DNA from: the human T2T-CHM13v2.0 reference genome, Homo sapiens
Assembly: GCF_009914755.1 (NCBI RefSeq)
Contig: NC_060928.1
Direction: 5' to 3' (one strand)
Length of the DNA stretch: 64,000 nucleotides
Part shown: positions 15,139-28,489 of the stretch, piece after piece
How positions within the stretch are numbered: the stretch's first letter is position 1
How the letters are laid out: every line of letters starts with the position of its first letter
Position numbers and translations under genes: made by a program
The notes under the pieces: generated by a model
Told to the model about the DNA's origin: nothing
Databases searched by the model: none
Seen by the model: only the letters and a program-made list of their open reading frames with translations

Positions 15139-16639
15139 TTAGATAAATATAAAGTTGTGGGAAACAAAAATTAATTTATATGAGGAAATTCAATTAGAAT
15201 TAAAGAGCACTTTATTTCAATTTGCATACCATAAATGGTAATGAGTTATATGAATATATTTAAATTTATATATATATAAATATATCATGGTAATTGTTTC
15301 ATGTCTATTTCCTTTGCTAATGTGTGAAATAAACTTACCCATTTATTGTAGGTTTATAAAGATATAAACACTCCGCATTAAATATCTTGTTGTAAACAGA
15401 TGTTTCTCAAAATTTTAACTATTTTGCTTCTATAAAGAAACTCTCCCATACATAACGCAAATTAGTTTTCTGGGTTAGAATTTTTAAAAATACGCTTTCA
15501 CATATTTTTCACCAAAGTATTGTAAACAAGAGGAAACTGGCAAGGTGGTTAATTATAATCTTACTCCATATAAAAGTATTATTTCAAAGTAATATAATAT
15601 ATTAGTGTCTAGGTCCATATGGCTTTTCATAAAAATGAAGTGCCCAAGGCAAAATACGCTCCAAAGGAAGATACTATTTGCACATAAATGCGTGACAATT
15701 CTCATCAATGAAAAATGTATGAATTTAGCAAAAATTAAAATGCATCTTGAAAAGTGCCTTTTCTATGGCTCTCTGTAAAGTCAGAGTGAGTTTGACCACA
15801 TTTTAGAGACTACGGGTAGAAAATAGTGCTGGCATTTGGTATCCATGTTCTCAAATCTCTATGATGTTTATTTGATAAATGGGGAAATAAAAGGAGCAAT
15901 TTCTGAAAATATTATATTTTATTTATGATCTAAGGTTGAACATATTTTAATCATTAAATTGAAATAAATAGGTAAGTTTGTGAGGATGCAATTATTTCTA
16001 TTAAAAGTGCTCTAATGAAGTGTACTAAGACTGAAAGATAAAAATTAAAGAGGGATAATATATCAAAAAATACAGGTAGATAAGATCACAAAGGCTGGCC
16101 CTGAGTAAAGAAATAGATGGTGTGTGTTTTCTCCTACTCATTTCAATTAAGTAGTCAGTATTTAGTTCTACGTTGAATTTTGAGTCGATGGAATCTATTA
16201 TTTCAGAGATAGGGTGTATTTATTTACTCAAAAGATTAGAGTTTAGATGTTTAAGAAGGTAAAAAAATCACAAATATGAAAACTTAATACAGTAATCAGC
16301 AACTGTTCACATGATATTTAATGTTTAAGTTTTTATAATCATACTCTGTTAATAAACAAAGTATTTGTTTGTTTATAATCATACTTTGTTCAAGTATTTA
16401 CATCAGATACTACTATCATGGAATATCCATCATCTTTTCATCTAATTATTTTATCCTTTTTGCTTCAGTCAATTCTTTCCATAGTTGCACAATTATCAGT
16501 TCTTTTTTATTTCCATAATTCCTTCTAGATTTTTAATGGGAATTATCTATAAAAAAAAGATATGTTTCTCATTATGGCTGAAATATAATTGACACAAGAA
16601 AGATAGAATAAAATTAGACAAAGAGTACTTTTTCCTCTT

Positions 16640-16892
16640 CTTTTTGTTTTTTTTTTCGACACATGATCTTGCTCTACTGTCCAGGTTGGAGTGTAGTGGG
16701 GCAATAATAGCTTACTGCAGCCTCAAACTCCTGCTACCATGCTATGCTAATTAAAAAAAAAAATTGTAGAGATGGTAGAGTCTTCATATGTTGCCCATGG
16801 CTGGTCTCAAACCCCTGGGCATAAGCAATCTTGTTGCCTTGGCTGGCCTCCCTAAGTTCTAGGATTACAGGCCTGAACCACTCTGACTGTCC
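16640..16892 (-). mobile_element. AluJ with internal deletion
   Basis: Diverged Alu lacking part of the right arm; 14-bp TSD tactttttcctctt at 16626-16639 and 16893-16906. Confidence 0.9.
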
Positions 16893-17307
16893 TACTTTTT
16901 CCTCTTAACTGGCCAATTTATAGAATAAAGAATTCATGCTCTAGTGAAATAGCTTAAAATGACCTGTTGCTGTTGTTGTGGCTTCCTCTTTTTCTGTGAT
17001 TATCATTGTAGGCACACATATTTTTATATATGCAATTTATTTGTATTCATTACATTCACCATTATTTGGTACTTAACTGGCTCACCTTCAGCACTAGACA
17101 CCCCTTTCTTCCTTTAACACGATTCCATGAATCTTTGATACCTTCATTGCTTTTGGGCACAGCAGAGTCCCAAGCTTCTCTTGCGTATTTTTCTGCCTCA
17201 GACCTAGAATAGTATTTAGACATGACAATTCAAGCATTAGGTCTGTCCTGTCCATTGATACTAGGTTGCAATTTCATCTAAATTCAATGGACAAAGCCAA
17301 AAAACTG

Positions 17308-17312
<5 letters not shown>

Positions 17313-17372
<60 letters not shown>
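17313..17372. repeat. (TA)30 perfect microsatellite
   Basis: 60 bp of uninterrupted TA. Confidence 0.97.
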
Positions 17373-17380
<8 letters not shown>

Positions 17381-17576
17381 GGTGTCCTTTCCAATTTATA
17401 TAAAATGATAGAATTTAAATGTCTGATTATACAATTACAGAAATTATGTCACGCTGCATATTTTGTTTGATTAAAGATTAAATATTTGTATAATTCTATG
17501 AAATATATGTTTACCTTTAAAATAATGTCATTATACCTTCACTAAGTTTCATTGCAAGTATTTATCTTCATACTAC

Positions 17577-18534
17577 ATTTTTCTAAAAATATGCAATCGA
17601 AATTCAGTGTCTAAGATTACTTGTTTATCTCCATTTGTTTTCAAATTTTAGGGATTAAATTTTCCCTTTTAATTTTTATTTTACATTTTAAGTGTCTGTA
17701 AATTTTCAAGGCAAAATTATATGATAAGATATATTTTAAAACCTGTGTAGGTATGTAGAAATCTTTTCACTCCTTTTTTTCTAGTTGCATAATATGTCAT
17801 TAAGTGGCTATGTCATAGTTTCTTCACAGTCCTCTACAAGTGGATTTTTCATTTCCTTGAAATCTTTTGCTATGACAAATAAGCTTTCATGAAAAAACAG
17901 GCATAGACATTTTATATTTTTCTAGTGCATAAGTGGAATTGATTTGAAACGTAGAATATCTATTCAGATTACCTTCTGTAGCATTTATTCCCAAATGAAT
18001 TTCTGTCAGCAATTTAGAACAGTGTGCAGTCATCCAAAGCCATTCAAAGAGTAAACATATTGTTATTTTTCTGTACTGTTTCCAAGCTGGTGAGATATGG
18101 AATCTTGACATCATTTAAATTTTCAATAAAGTTCAGCATATCATTATAGGGTATTTTCATTTCTTGTTTGTGTATTGTTAATTTATATATTTTGCCAACT
18201 TTTCTATCCATTTGTTGGTCTTTATCCTCTTTTAGAAACTGTTTGCCCATTGGCAATATTAGCCTTTGTCTGTGATATAAGTTGAAAGTATCTTCCTTTC
18301 AGTCAATTATTTTTATTTTACTTTTATTATGGTTTTTTTTGAAATGTGAGTTTTGTGGTGGTCAAATTAATAGGTCCTTTATTTCATAGCTTTTGGGCTT
18401 TTTCACCCAAAGGAAATATTTTTCTAAAAATACGCAATCAAAATTCAGTGTCTAAGATTACTTGTTTATCTCCATTTGTTTTCAAATTTTAGTGATTAGA
18501 TTTTCCCTTTTAATTTTTATTTTACATTTTAAGT
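17577..18534 (+). repeat. 117-bp interspersed direct duplication (17577-17693 and 18418-18534)
   Basis: Manual ungapped alignment gives 4 mismatches in 117. Confidence 0.93.
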
Positions 18535-19040
18535 TCCCGCTCCTGGGTTATAAAAAAATTCACTGATATTTTCATTTCTTTTAAGCACGATTAAGTATGA
18601 TTTTATTATTTTTATATTTAGTCTACTGGAGCCTATTAGAGTGTAGCATGTGAATTTATACTCAAAAGTATATTTTTCCAAATGATGGTCAGTTATTACA
18701 ATATAATTAATTACAAAGTTCATACTGTTTCTTAAATTTTTACACGTTACATCAATATCTTCATTTTTAAAACACTGTTTCATAAATGTGTCTATCTGTG
18801 TATATGTTAGTACACACTCCTTTAAGTATAAAGCTTTATAAACTATTTTTAATTTCTTATAGGGCAAAACTCCTTTCTCTCATTACTCTTCCTTTTTGGA
18901 GGTGTCCTGGCTATTTTTAACTGATTGTTTTGTTATTAACTTTCTTGTCTCAGAAAAAAAAATGATAAAGGTATTTTTACTGGGCTCATACTATATTATA
19001 ATTAACTTAGAGGTTACTGATACTTCTACATTGCTATATA
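17770..19040 (-). mobile_element. Ancient L1ME-like fragments
   Basis: ttttgctatgacaaataa..., tgagatatggaatct, gtcaaatta...tcctttat...gctttt are antisense L1M 3'/ORF2 motifs; very diverged. Confidence 0.55.
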
Positions 19041-19149
19041 GGACACATCCTTTTTTATCCAACCTCTCCAATGAAGTTATACCTTACATTTACTATGCAT
19101 TTATTTTCATTTGTTGCATTGTGCATTCCATCTGATACCCTGGTTGATT

Positions 19150-19549
19150 TTATTTTTTATTTTACATCCATAAAGTCCAGAGTTACATAGGTTTTGACAA
19201 ATGCATATAATGATGAATCAACCATCCCGGTTCTATTCTTAACAGTTATATCACCTTAAAAATTCCCCTAGGTATCTTCTTTGTAATCAACCACTCTCTC
19301 TTCACAGCAATTCTGGGAACTACCGGTATGCCTTCTGTCCCTGTAGTTTTGCCTTTTACAGAGTGTCATACGAATGAAGTCCTACAACATACAGCTATTT
19401 GGGTCTGACTTCACTTAATTGGCAAAATGTATTTTAACAATCATTCATATTGTTGCATGAATCAGTAGCTAATCCCTTTTTATTGTTAATGCTATTTCAT
19501 TGTATGACTGTACTACAATTTACATATTCACCTGTTAAAAGTTATCTTG
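19150..19549 (-). mobile_element. L1MC-like 3' end
   Basis: ggttttgacaaatgcata...cacc ttaaaaattcccc...gttttgccttttacagagtgtcata is an antisense L1MC terminus. Confidence 0.7.
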
Positions 19550-20140
<591 letters not shown>

Positions 20141-20249
20141 TGCCTTTCAGATAATTTTAATAAGCTGCTATAGACCAAGTGTGAGTTAGAGAGTGAATTT
20201 CTTATATGTCCCAGACTCAAGTCTTTTCTAGCCAACATTTCCTCCAGGG

Positions 20250-21215
20250 ACTCTACAAGATTCTCAAAGAGGATAGAGGACAAACTCCAGAGAAAGCATT
20301 CCCCATGGTATTGGCTAGGAGAAAGGATTAGTAAACATTATCAAAGTCTACACAGACATGCCCTCCACTCACCCACCTTGTCTTCACCGTAAAGCAGTAG
20401 ACTTGACTTGCTTCAGCAGGTGGCACTTATAAAATTCTGTTGATGCTGGAGAGTGGGAAAAGAGGCCTCCACCAAAATTCTGCCCAGAGGCAATAGCCCC
20501 TCACTCCATTTCTTCTTTTAAGAAATTAATATGCCATGGTAGAGATATCAAAACTGTAGACTAAAGACCCTGATGGAAGCCTGCTGCGGCAAAGGATTGC
20601 AACAAGATCTAATGAAACAGAAGCTCTATACCTGAAGGTGGGGTAAAAACAAATGTGAAAGTTTCACATTACCTACTCCTTCTCCACCCACCACCACCAA
20701 AGTAACAAGTCTCTAGAAAAAAATAATACTAATAGGAATGCAGCTGGAGACAGACCCTCTCTAGGAGCAGCACTAGGGAAAACACAAAGCCAAGTCTGAA
20801 GGTGAAAACAAGGTATCACAAGAAGAGAGAACTTTGAAAACTTCATTGCCCATAGCAAATACAAACTCCAGCTCTGGTAAATATAGCTAAAACAACCTTG
20901 AAAATCAGTTCAACTTGTTACTTGATTAACAAAAATTTTCATATTTAAGGTTTAGTAGATGGAAAGGTCTACTTGCCCCAAAGCATAAGAGATAATTACT
21001 TGGCTATCTATTGTCATACTGGACATAGATCCAGCTTTAAACAAATAATTATGAAACACACCAACAAAAAAGATAGTCTCCAGATTAAAAGCTATCAATA
21101 GAACCAGACTCTGATATGCCACAATTGTTAAAACTATGAGGCAGAGAATTTAAAATAATCATCATAAATATGTTGACAACTCTTGTTTAAAGGATGGACA
21201 ACATGCAAGATAGAT
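20250..21215 (+). mobile_element. Ancient L1M 5' region / ORF1 start (resumes near 21655-21745)
   Basis: atcaatagaaccagactctgatatg...aactat...cagagaatttaaaataa...aaatatgtt resembles the L1M ORF1 N-terminal region; left boundary uncertain. Confidence 0.55.
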
Positions 21216-21221
21216 ATTTCA

Positions 21222-21654
21222 TAAACCAGGCACAGAAAAACAAACACTACTTGTTCCCACTTATATATAGAATCTAAAACAATTGAACTCAAGAAGAGTG
21301 GTGGTTACCAGAGACTGGAGAGTTGATGGAATAAAAAGATCATGGTAAAGAGTACAAAGCCTTAGTTAGACAGGATAAATAGTTTTTTTAGGGAGGCGTC
21401 TATTGCACAATGTGGAGAATGTAGTTAACAGTAGTATAGTCTGCCTTTCAAAATCGCTGAGAGAAAATTTCAAATATTCTCACAACAGAAAATGGTAAAA
21501 ATTTGAGATGAATGATATGCTAATTAGCTAGATTCCATTATTCCATATTGTATTGATGTCATAGCATCACTTTGTACCCCATAAATATATGCTATTATAA
21601 TTTGTCAATTTATAAAAAACTTAATAAAAATAAAATACAATTGAAGTAAGAAAA
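21222..21654 (+). mobile_element. L1MA 3' end (L1MA7-9-like)
   Basis: ccaggcacagaaa...cacttatat...aatctaaaa...gtggttaccagagactgg...catcactttgtaccccataaatatat; flanked by agatatttca at 21212-21221 and 21655-21664 (TSD). Confidence 0.85.
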
Positions 21655-22365
21655 AGATATTTCAGCATAGTGATAGGAAACTATAACAAAACAATAAATA
21701 AAAATTGTACTCAAAAGCACAGTAACAGAAATGAAGTATATGTTTCTTATGAACCATTTATTCTTAAAAAATTTAAGTCATTCTCATGTATCTTCTTTGT
21801 AAGTCTATGCAAATAATTTTGAATTATCACTAGTAGAGAATACTGAACGTAACAGCTTAAGATTGTCTAGCGAATTTTACTCTGGAAAGTACAATATATT
21901 AGAATATATTTTGAAGCAAAAAAAATAGTATATTCTAACGTTAATATTAAGTTGGCTTTTAAGCATAATAAGTAATTTCTCATAACCATTTATAGATTGT
22001 ACCTAACCAATATTTGATTGATGAAAATTAGATCTCTTCCTTGCCCCAAATCTAAAACTTTAATAGAAATAATTCACATTATAATTTTTTTCTTCTTTAC
22101 TTAGTGAGTAGCAAATAAATTAATCCAATATACCAGGTGAATATGTCAACCCAAGTAATAAGGATAATGTTCCTAGTCATGTGTCTATTAAAATGGGCAT
22201 GTAATTTGAGTTTATCAAAAAAATTATTTTAATGGCAGATATAAATCAAATAAATAGCGGTCAAATGATATATATTTTGCTTGCATTTTTATTAACTGAC
22301 ATAATTATTTTAACTTCGAAGAAGATTCACATTTTAAAATGTTGTTAACAGTGTTAATGACATCT

Positions 22366-22658
22366 GTTTTGTTTGAGACAGTCTTGCTCTGTCACACAGG
22401 CTGGAGTGCAGTGGCAAGATCCTGGTTCACTGTAGCCTCAGCCTCCCAGGCTCAAGTGATCCCCCTACTTCAGCCTCCTGAGTAGCTGGGACTATAGGTA
22501 TGTGCAAGCACACCCCACTAAATTTTTATTTTTATTTTTTGCAGAGACAGAGTTTCACTATGTTGCCCAGGCTGGTCTCAAAATCCTGAGCTCAAGCAAT
22601 TCTCCTGCCTTGGCCTCCCCAAGTACTGAGATTACAGGTATGAGCCAGCACACCTGGC
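22366..22658 (-). mobile_element. AluJ
   Basis: Antisense Alu with J-type cactgtagcctca...ctcctgagctcaagcaat pattern; degenerate TSD ttaatga. Confidence 0.93.
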
Positions 22659-22929
22659 TTAATGATCACTTCTTTATTGTATAAGGCTTCAACATTGTCT
22701 CAATATCTCAATAGGAAGAAGGGTTTCAATTATGTTATTTAAAGAGTCTTGTGTCTCTCAAAATTACTATTTTAAGATTTTTAATGACCATGTCAGAGAA
22801 AATAAAGAAAAAAAAGTAATAAAATATTACTTTTTTTTTTTTTAAAGAAAAGAGGGCAAGGAGCTAAATGTTAGTTTTTACATTTCTGGGGATTTGAGGT
22901 CTCTGCAATAATCTGTCTACTTGAAGCAC

Positions 22930-23170
22930 TGCTTCTGAAGATGCACTCTATGTGTGACCGTTTCGGTCCAATGGAGCGTGTCCTCTCGTAATGAAGATGT
23001 GCTGTGTGGCTATGTGTGCAAATCACACACGAGGTCTCCTTGTGACTCATTCACCTGCAAGTCTGCCCCTCATGACAGACTCTCTTCCGGTCTCTGCCTG
23101 ACACTGCCTTCCAGAGACATGCCCCGCGTTATCTTCCCTTTCATTGTGGTCTGTGAAGGACTTTGATTTA
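22930..23170. promoter_or_regulatory. Candidate enhancer-like unique segment
   Basis: Locally GC- and CpG-richer non-repeat segment with CCAAT (22968), AP-1 TGACTCA (23043), E-box CACCTG (23052) and ETS CTTCCGG (23084); motif evidence only. Confidence 0.3.
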
Positions 23171-23909
23171 ATCCTCTTAACCTTTACAGAACAGGGAGCC
23201 TTCACTAGTGAAATGTCTTCCACACATTACTAGACATACACGAATGTTGACCTTCTTTCTCTTCTTTCTGGTTAACCTGACCTCTGGTAACAGCTCATTG
23301 TCTGAAGCAGGCAACAATATTTGTGCACTTCTTTCAAAAACTTTACACTTTGAATGCAATGTATCCTAATTATACTTGTAAGGGTGTTTGTTATGAAAAA
23401 GATCAGTAATTGTGAACAAGTTTGTTTCTTGATTTTTCTCTAGAAACATACTCTGAATTTGTTGATACTGGGAGATGTGCCACAGTCATAAATAACAGTT
23501 TTTAGATAACAGGAGTTAGTATTTTTTTCACACAGACAAAACTATTATACATGATAAAAATATGCAGAAGACTCATGAATTAGTAATTTATTTTAAAAAA
23601 TAATTTACCATTCCTCACATTGTGTCTCATCTCTCTAAAAATCTAAAATGTAATTGCCAAAATAATGTAACACTGTACATCCCTTCATATAAGCCATGAC
23701 ACTTGTTAGCTATGCAGCATTTTCCAAGAGACCTGCATCCCATTTTTATAACTAATCTAATAAAAAATGTATTTTTGTTGTGCATGGCATTTCTACAGGG
23801 AGATATTTATATTTTAGATTTTTCTCATTGATGACATAGGAATTTATTAGGATGTTTTCATGCAAAAACTTTGAAAACATGTGCCTTTCACAATCATAAA
23901 ATTATCCTT

Positions 23910-24232
23910 TTTTTTTTTTTTTTTTTTTTTGACAGACAGTGTTACTCTGTCACCCAGGCTGAAGTACAGTGGCACGATCTTGGCTCACTGCAAACTCCGC
24001 CTCCCAGGTTCAAGCAATTCTCCTGCCTCAGCCTCCTGTGTAGCTGGGATTATAGGATGAGCCACCATGCCCAGCTAATTTTTGTTTTTTTAGTAGAGAT
24101 GGGGTTTCACCATGTTGGTCAAGCTGGTCTGACCTCAAGTGATCTCAACCTCCACCTCCCAGGTTCAAGCAATTCTCCTGCCTCAGCCTCCCAAAGTGCT
24201 GGAATTATAGGCGTGCACCACCACACACGGCC
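23910..24232 (-). mobile_element. AluS with mosaic arms
   Basis: Antisense Alu; right-arm block repeated inside the left arm; degenerate TSD aa(a/g)attat(c/t)ctt. Confidence 0.9.
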
Positions 24233-24267
24233 AAGATTATTCTTATCTTAACTTCTTTTCTTTTGAA

Positions 24268-24625
24268 TGTCTATTCTCACACTGCTAATAAAGACATACC
24301 TGAGACTGAGTAATTTTTAAAGGAAAGAGGTTTAATTGACTTACAGTTCCACATCGCTGGGGAGGCCTCACAATCATGGCTGAAAGAAAATGAGGAGCAA
24401 AGTCACATCTTACATGGCAGCATGCAAGAGAACGTGTGCAGGGGAACTCCCCTGTATAAAACCATCAGATCTTGTGAGACTTATTCACTATCATGAGAAC
24501 AGCATGAGAAAGACCTGCCCCCATGATTCAATTACCTCCTACTGGGTCCCTCCCATGACACGTGGGAATTATGGGAGTTACAATTCAAGATGAGATTTTG
24601 GTGGGGACACAGCCAAACCATATCA
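24268..24625 (-). mobile_element. MaLR solo LTR THE1 (THE1C/D-like)
   Basis: ctgctaataaagacatacctgagactg ... ggggacacagccaaaccatatca is the reverse complement of the THE1 consensus. Confidence 0.93.
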
Positions 24626-25164
24626 GTCATAGTCAGTGATATAAAGTGATCTTAATGTAAATCTTAAGATGCCCATTTTCTTTGATCTGGTCCTTGTTCT
24701 TCAGTAATTATTAAGTCCCTATATGAAAATCATATTACTGACGTCTTACTAGTCAGAATAGATTAACTTCTCATTGTAATGATTTTTTCAAGTCATTATT
24801 TTTTAATATATGAAATTGTGAAGTGTTATGAAATTTCCATGGGTGCATGCAAACAACATTAAACGTGCTTAGAACAGTTCATGACCCTAAGCACTATTTA
24901 AATGTTAGTTATCAATACATTCTTTTCTAAATATATAGAGAATAAAACCTATTATGTGTCAAATGATAAAAATAAGTGTTTGGAAAGAATATGCAGTTTT
25001 AATCATTATTTTAAAGTAAGTTAAAATTATGTCGTGCTAGTAATGCCACAATATTTAATGCATTATCTTAAAATGCATTTTTCAAAGGTATGCTGTATGT
25101 GTGTTTTAAATGTGTTCCTTTTTTTATACCTTTTATTTGAAATATCTTAAATGAATTCACTTCA

Positions 25165-25320
25165 TTACTATTATTACTATCCCATTCTGTAGGTCAGAAA
25201 TTGAACTACTGTGAGTGAAAAATGTGCCCACAGTCATAAAGCTATAAGTAGCAGAACAGTATGTGAGTCCAAGCAATAAATCCAGAGTCCCTGTTCTTAA
25301 CCAAACTGCCATCCTGCTCT
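25165..25320 (-). mobile_element. MIR
   Basis: tattactatcccattctgtagg...gaaattga...tgcccacagtcat...agctataagtagcaga...tccagagtccctgttcttaacca. Confidence 0.7.
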
Positions 25321-25344
25321 TTCAAAGATTTATACATCTCTCAT

Positions 25345-25470
25345 TTCATTCATTTACTGACTTGGCCATTCATTTATTCATTTACTCTACATATAGCTAG
25401 ATACTACGTATAGCTATATTCTAGGTGTTAGGAATCAGTGGCCAAAACAAATGAAATATACTGTCAAGAA
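25345..25470 (-). mobile_element. L2 3'-end fragment
   Basis: (cattcattt) tail followed by tactac...tattctaggtg. Confidence 0.55.
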
Positions 25471-25634
25471 GCAGTTTTTTAATTTTTAAAATATGAATGG
25501 AGAGCAAAAGTTATGTACTTACAAATGAATACATAAATTACATTTTATATGTCTTTCATATTTGTCTGACTGCCAAAAGTTATTTCCTCCTAAATAAATT
25601 ACTATCTATAATTGCTCATAATGCCTCTACACCC

Positions 25635-26372
25635 CATACACCAATCAATGGGCCTTTAGTTGTAACATGTTTATGCACAGAAAATTTACAGAAAACTTTA
25701 AAATTGCAAATCTTGAAAAGGAAACAAAGATTCTTCAAATGAAATAATATTTGAGTAACTAGCCTATTTCTAAGTTATAGGGGAAATTACTTGCAAGAAG
25801 CTTATGAAGCAAACCCCATAACCCTATCTTGTACCAAACTAGTGTATATTATTTTATTTCTAACATGAATATCTTGCACTAAATTTAAATATTGCTTTTC
25901 CTTTCCCGCTGCTATGTGAAGACAAAAATAATTTCTTGTATTTGAATTTTAAATTAAAGTTTATATTCGATAATCTATTTTGCAGGCTAAATAAATTTTA
26001 CCTTATTTTATCACATAGATTTTGTTTCCCTACACTTAAAGAGACTTTACACAAACTTATTAGTTGAACATTTTTTGAAATATAATTTCAATATTCCAAG
26101 ACCTTTCCATGAAAGTCAATTTTAGTTTATTTTTATAAGTAGCTGACCTGATGTGTTGAAGCATCTGTTTTGTTATTTTCTACTATCAGAGAGACAACAT
26201 TGAAAGTGTTAAGGTCTTAGTTGCAGCCCTATTATTTGGCAAAATGATTAAAAACAACCTTTGTTTACATACATTAATCAGTGGGCCTTTAATGGTACCT
26301 TGTTTGTATATATAAATTTCACAGAAAATTAAAAAATGGCAAACCTTGCAAGGAAAACAAAGGTTCTTTAAA
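25635..26372 (+). repeat. Old 105-bp direct duplication (25635-25739 and 26268-26372)
   Basis: Manual ungapped alignment, about 81/105 identical. Confidence 0.8.
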
Positions 26373-26517
26373 GATATATAAAGATATAATTTGCTTTAGG
26401 AACAAGAAATAGTTATATGGCATTTATTTATTTATGTGCATTATAACCAAATGTTTCATTTCAAAAAAAAAATGTAAAGCTAACAGGAATAAAGTTATCT
26501 TTTAAAAAAGAATATGA

Positions 26518-26849
<332 letters not shown>

Positions 26850-27617
26850 TTAACCTACTAGAAACAATGAAACGTGAGGAGATCCTCACTGTTTCCCAGC
26901 ATGTATGCTTATGAAGCATTAGAAATGCTTTAAAAGGGAATCAGGGGCTTGAAGGATGGGCCTCTCTTACAATTCTTAAAAAGAACTCAGTGTCTTGCAG
27001 CTGTAACTACGTGAATTGCTTAAATTCAAATGAATGGATGAATTCTCAACTAAAAGTCACTGTTAATAGTTGTATTGTTAAGGCTGTGAACTGATGGGTG
27101 ATAGTATAAAATAGCTTTGGGATTCTAGACAAACTGGCATCAGTAATAAGGAAAACACAAGTTTGTCTAGTCTTATAAACACTATTGATTTTTTTTCAAA
27201 ATTAAAAAAATACAAACTGCTAAGTTCCTGCTATTGTTCTTCAATAGAAAAAAAAAACATAGCATCTACCAGTGATAACAATGACGTCCATTTTACTATT
27301 AATCATAGATTAGAAATAATGAAAAACCTAAAGCTATGAAAATCTTACTAGTGTAAAAGTTTTACCACACATTTTTCAATATCCTCTACTTGTGAGCAAA
27401 TAGTGAGGACTAGTTAGTTAATTTCAAACGTATATGCTACAATAAATAGTCATTTGTTTGTTAACATTAATTAACACATACAGGGCCACAGTGGAAAATA
27501 TGTTAAAATACGAGAAGCTTTAGATAGAAAGAGTGGTTAGCAAAAATGAAGGAGGGCATTTTAAAAAGAGAAATAATTATTTTTTAGAAATATGTTTTTT
27601 TGGTCTTTTTTATTTTA

Positions 27618-27797
27618 TTATATATATCAGCTTGATGTATATATACACATATATATACATATACACACGTATATACACACATATATATCAGCAATATATA
27701 TCAACTATATATATGTGTATATGTATATGTATATATGTATATGTGTATATATATATACGTGTGTGTGTGTATATATATATGTAAGTATATATATCAG
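27618..27797. repeat. Complex (TA)/(CA)/(TG) low-complexity tract
   Basis: Directly visible; tatatatcagc recurs near 27621, 27682 and 27788. Confidence 0.9.
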
Positions 27798-27799
27798 CT

Positions 27800-28265
27800 T
27801 GTTACTGATTGGTTGGAGTGTCATCATGAGGGTGTGGGAGGAAATGGTCCTCCTGAGTACTGCATCGCTTCTGGGTGAGGCCACGGGAGGCATCTGTCAG
27901 TGGGTCTAGATGGAGCCGTTGGAGTTAGACATACAAAAATAATGCAAGAAGATATCTCAAAAGCCCAATCTGCAATAGTGATGCTATCAGCAGGACCTCC
28001 TGAATAACGGCTACCAACTGTTTATGTCTAAACCATTGCAAAATTCAGGCTCCTCTCCTTTCCCATGGCCTGGTGGTCTCTCATTAGCTTTGCAAAGGGG
28101 GTTGAATTTGAGGGAAGGCCTATTATCATTTAAACTATAAACTAAATGTCTCTCAAAGCTCACTTGGCAGCTTGAAGGCTAAAAGCAAGAGGAAGGTGGG
28201 CTAGATCAGATCTCCCTTACTTCCATAATTTTTTCACTGATACAATTTTTGCAAAGACAGTTTCA
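27800..28265 (-). mobile_element. ERV1 solo LTR (LTR26/LTR8 family)
   Basis: Reverse complement begins TGAAACTGTCTTTGCAAAAATTGTATCAGTGA...AGATCTGATCTAGCC, matching the recalled LTR26 5' end. Confidence 0.8.
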
Positions 28266-28489
28266 GCTATACATATGTGCATTAATGCTTTCATTTTTTC
28301 AAATCTGAAATAAAATTCCTGGATGCCTCACTCTACTCTATGTGAGCAATGTACTTAAAATCTTCCTCTGAAAAGAAAAACACAAAAACACTAAAAAAAG
28401 TACATTTTCCATTTTTGTGATCTAAATTCAGTTTCTATTAAAAGGTAAATATCTCCTTGGGTTAACATTTAAAATAAAATTGTTAGGAA

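Noticed and set aside
27533-27909. Overlapping Y/I-rich ORFs
   Set aside because: Translations of the TA/CA/TG microsatellite tract.
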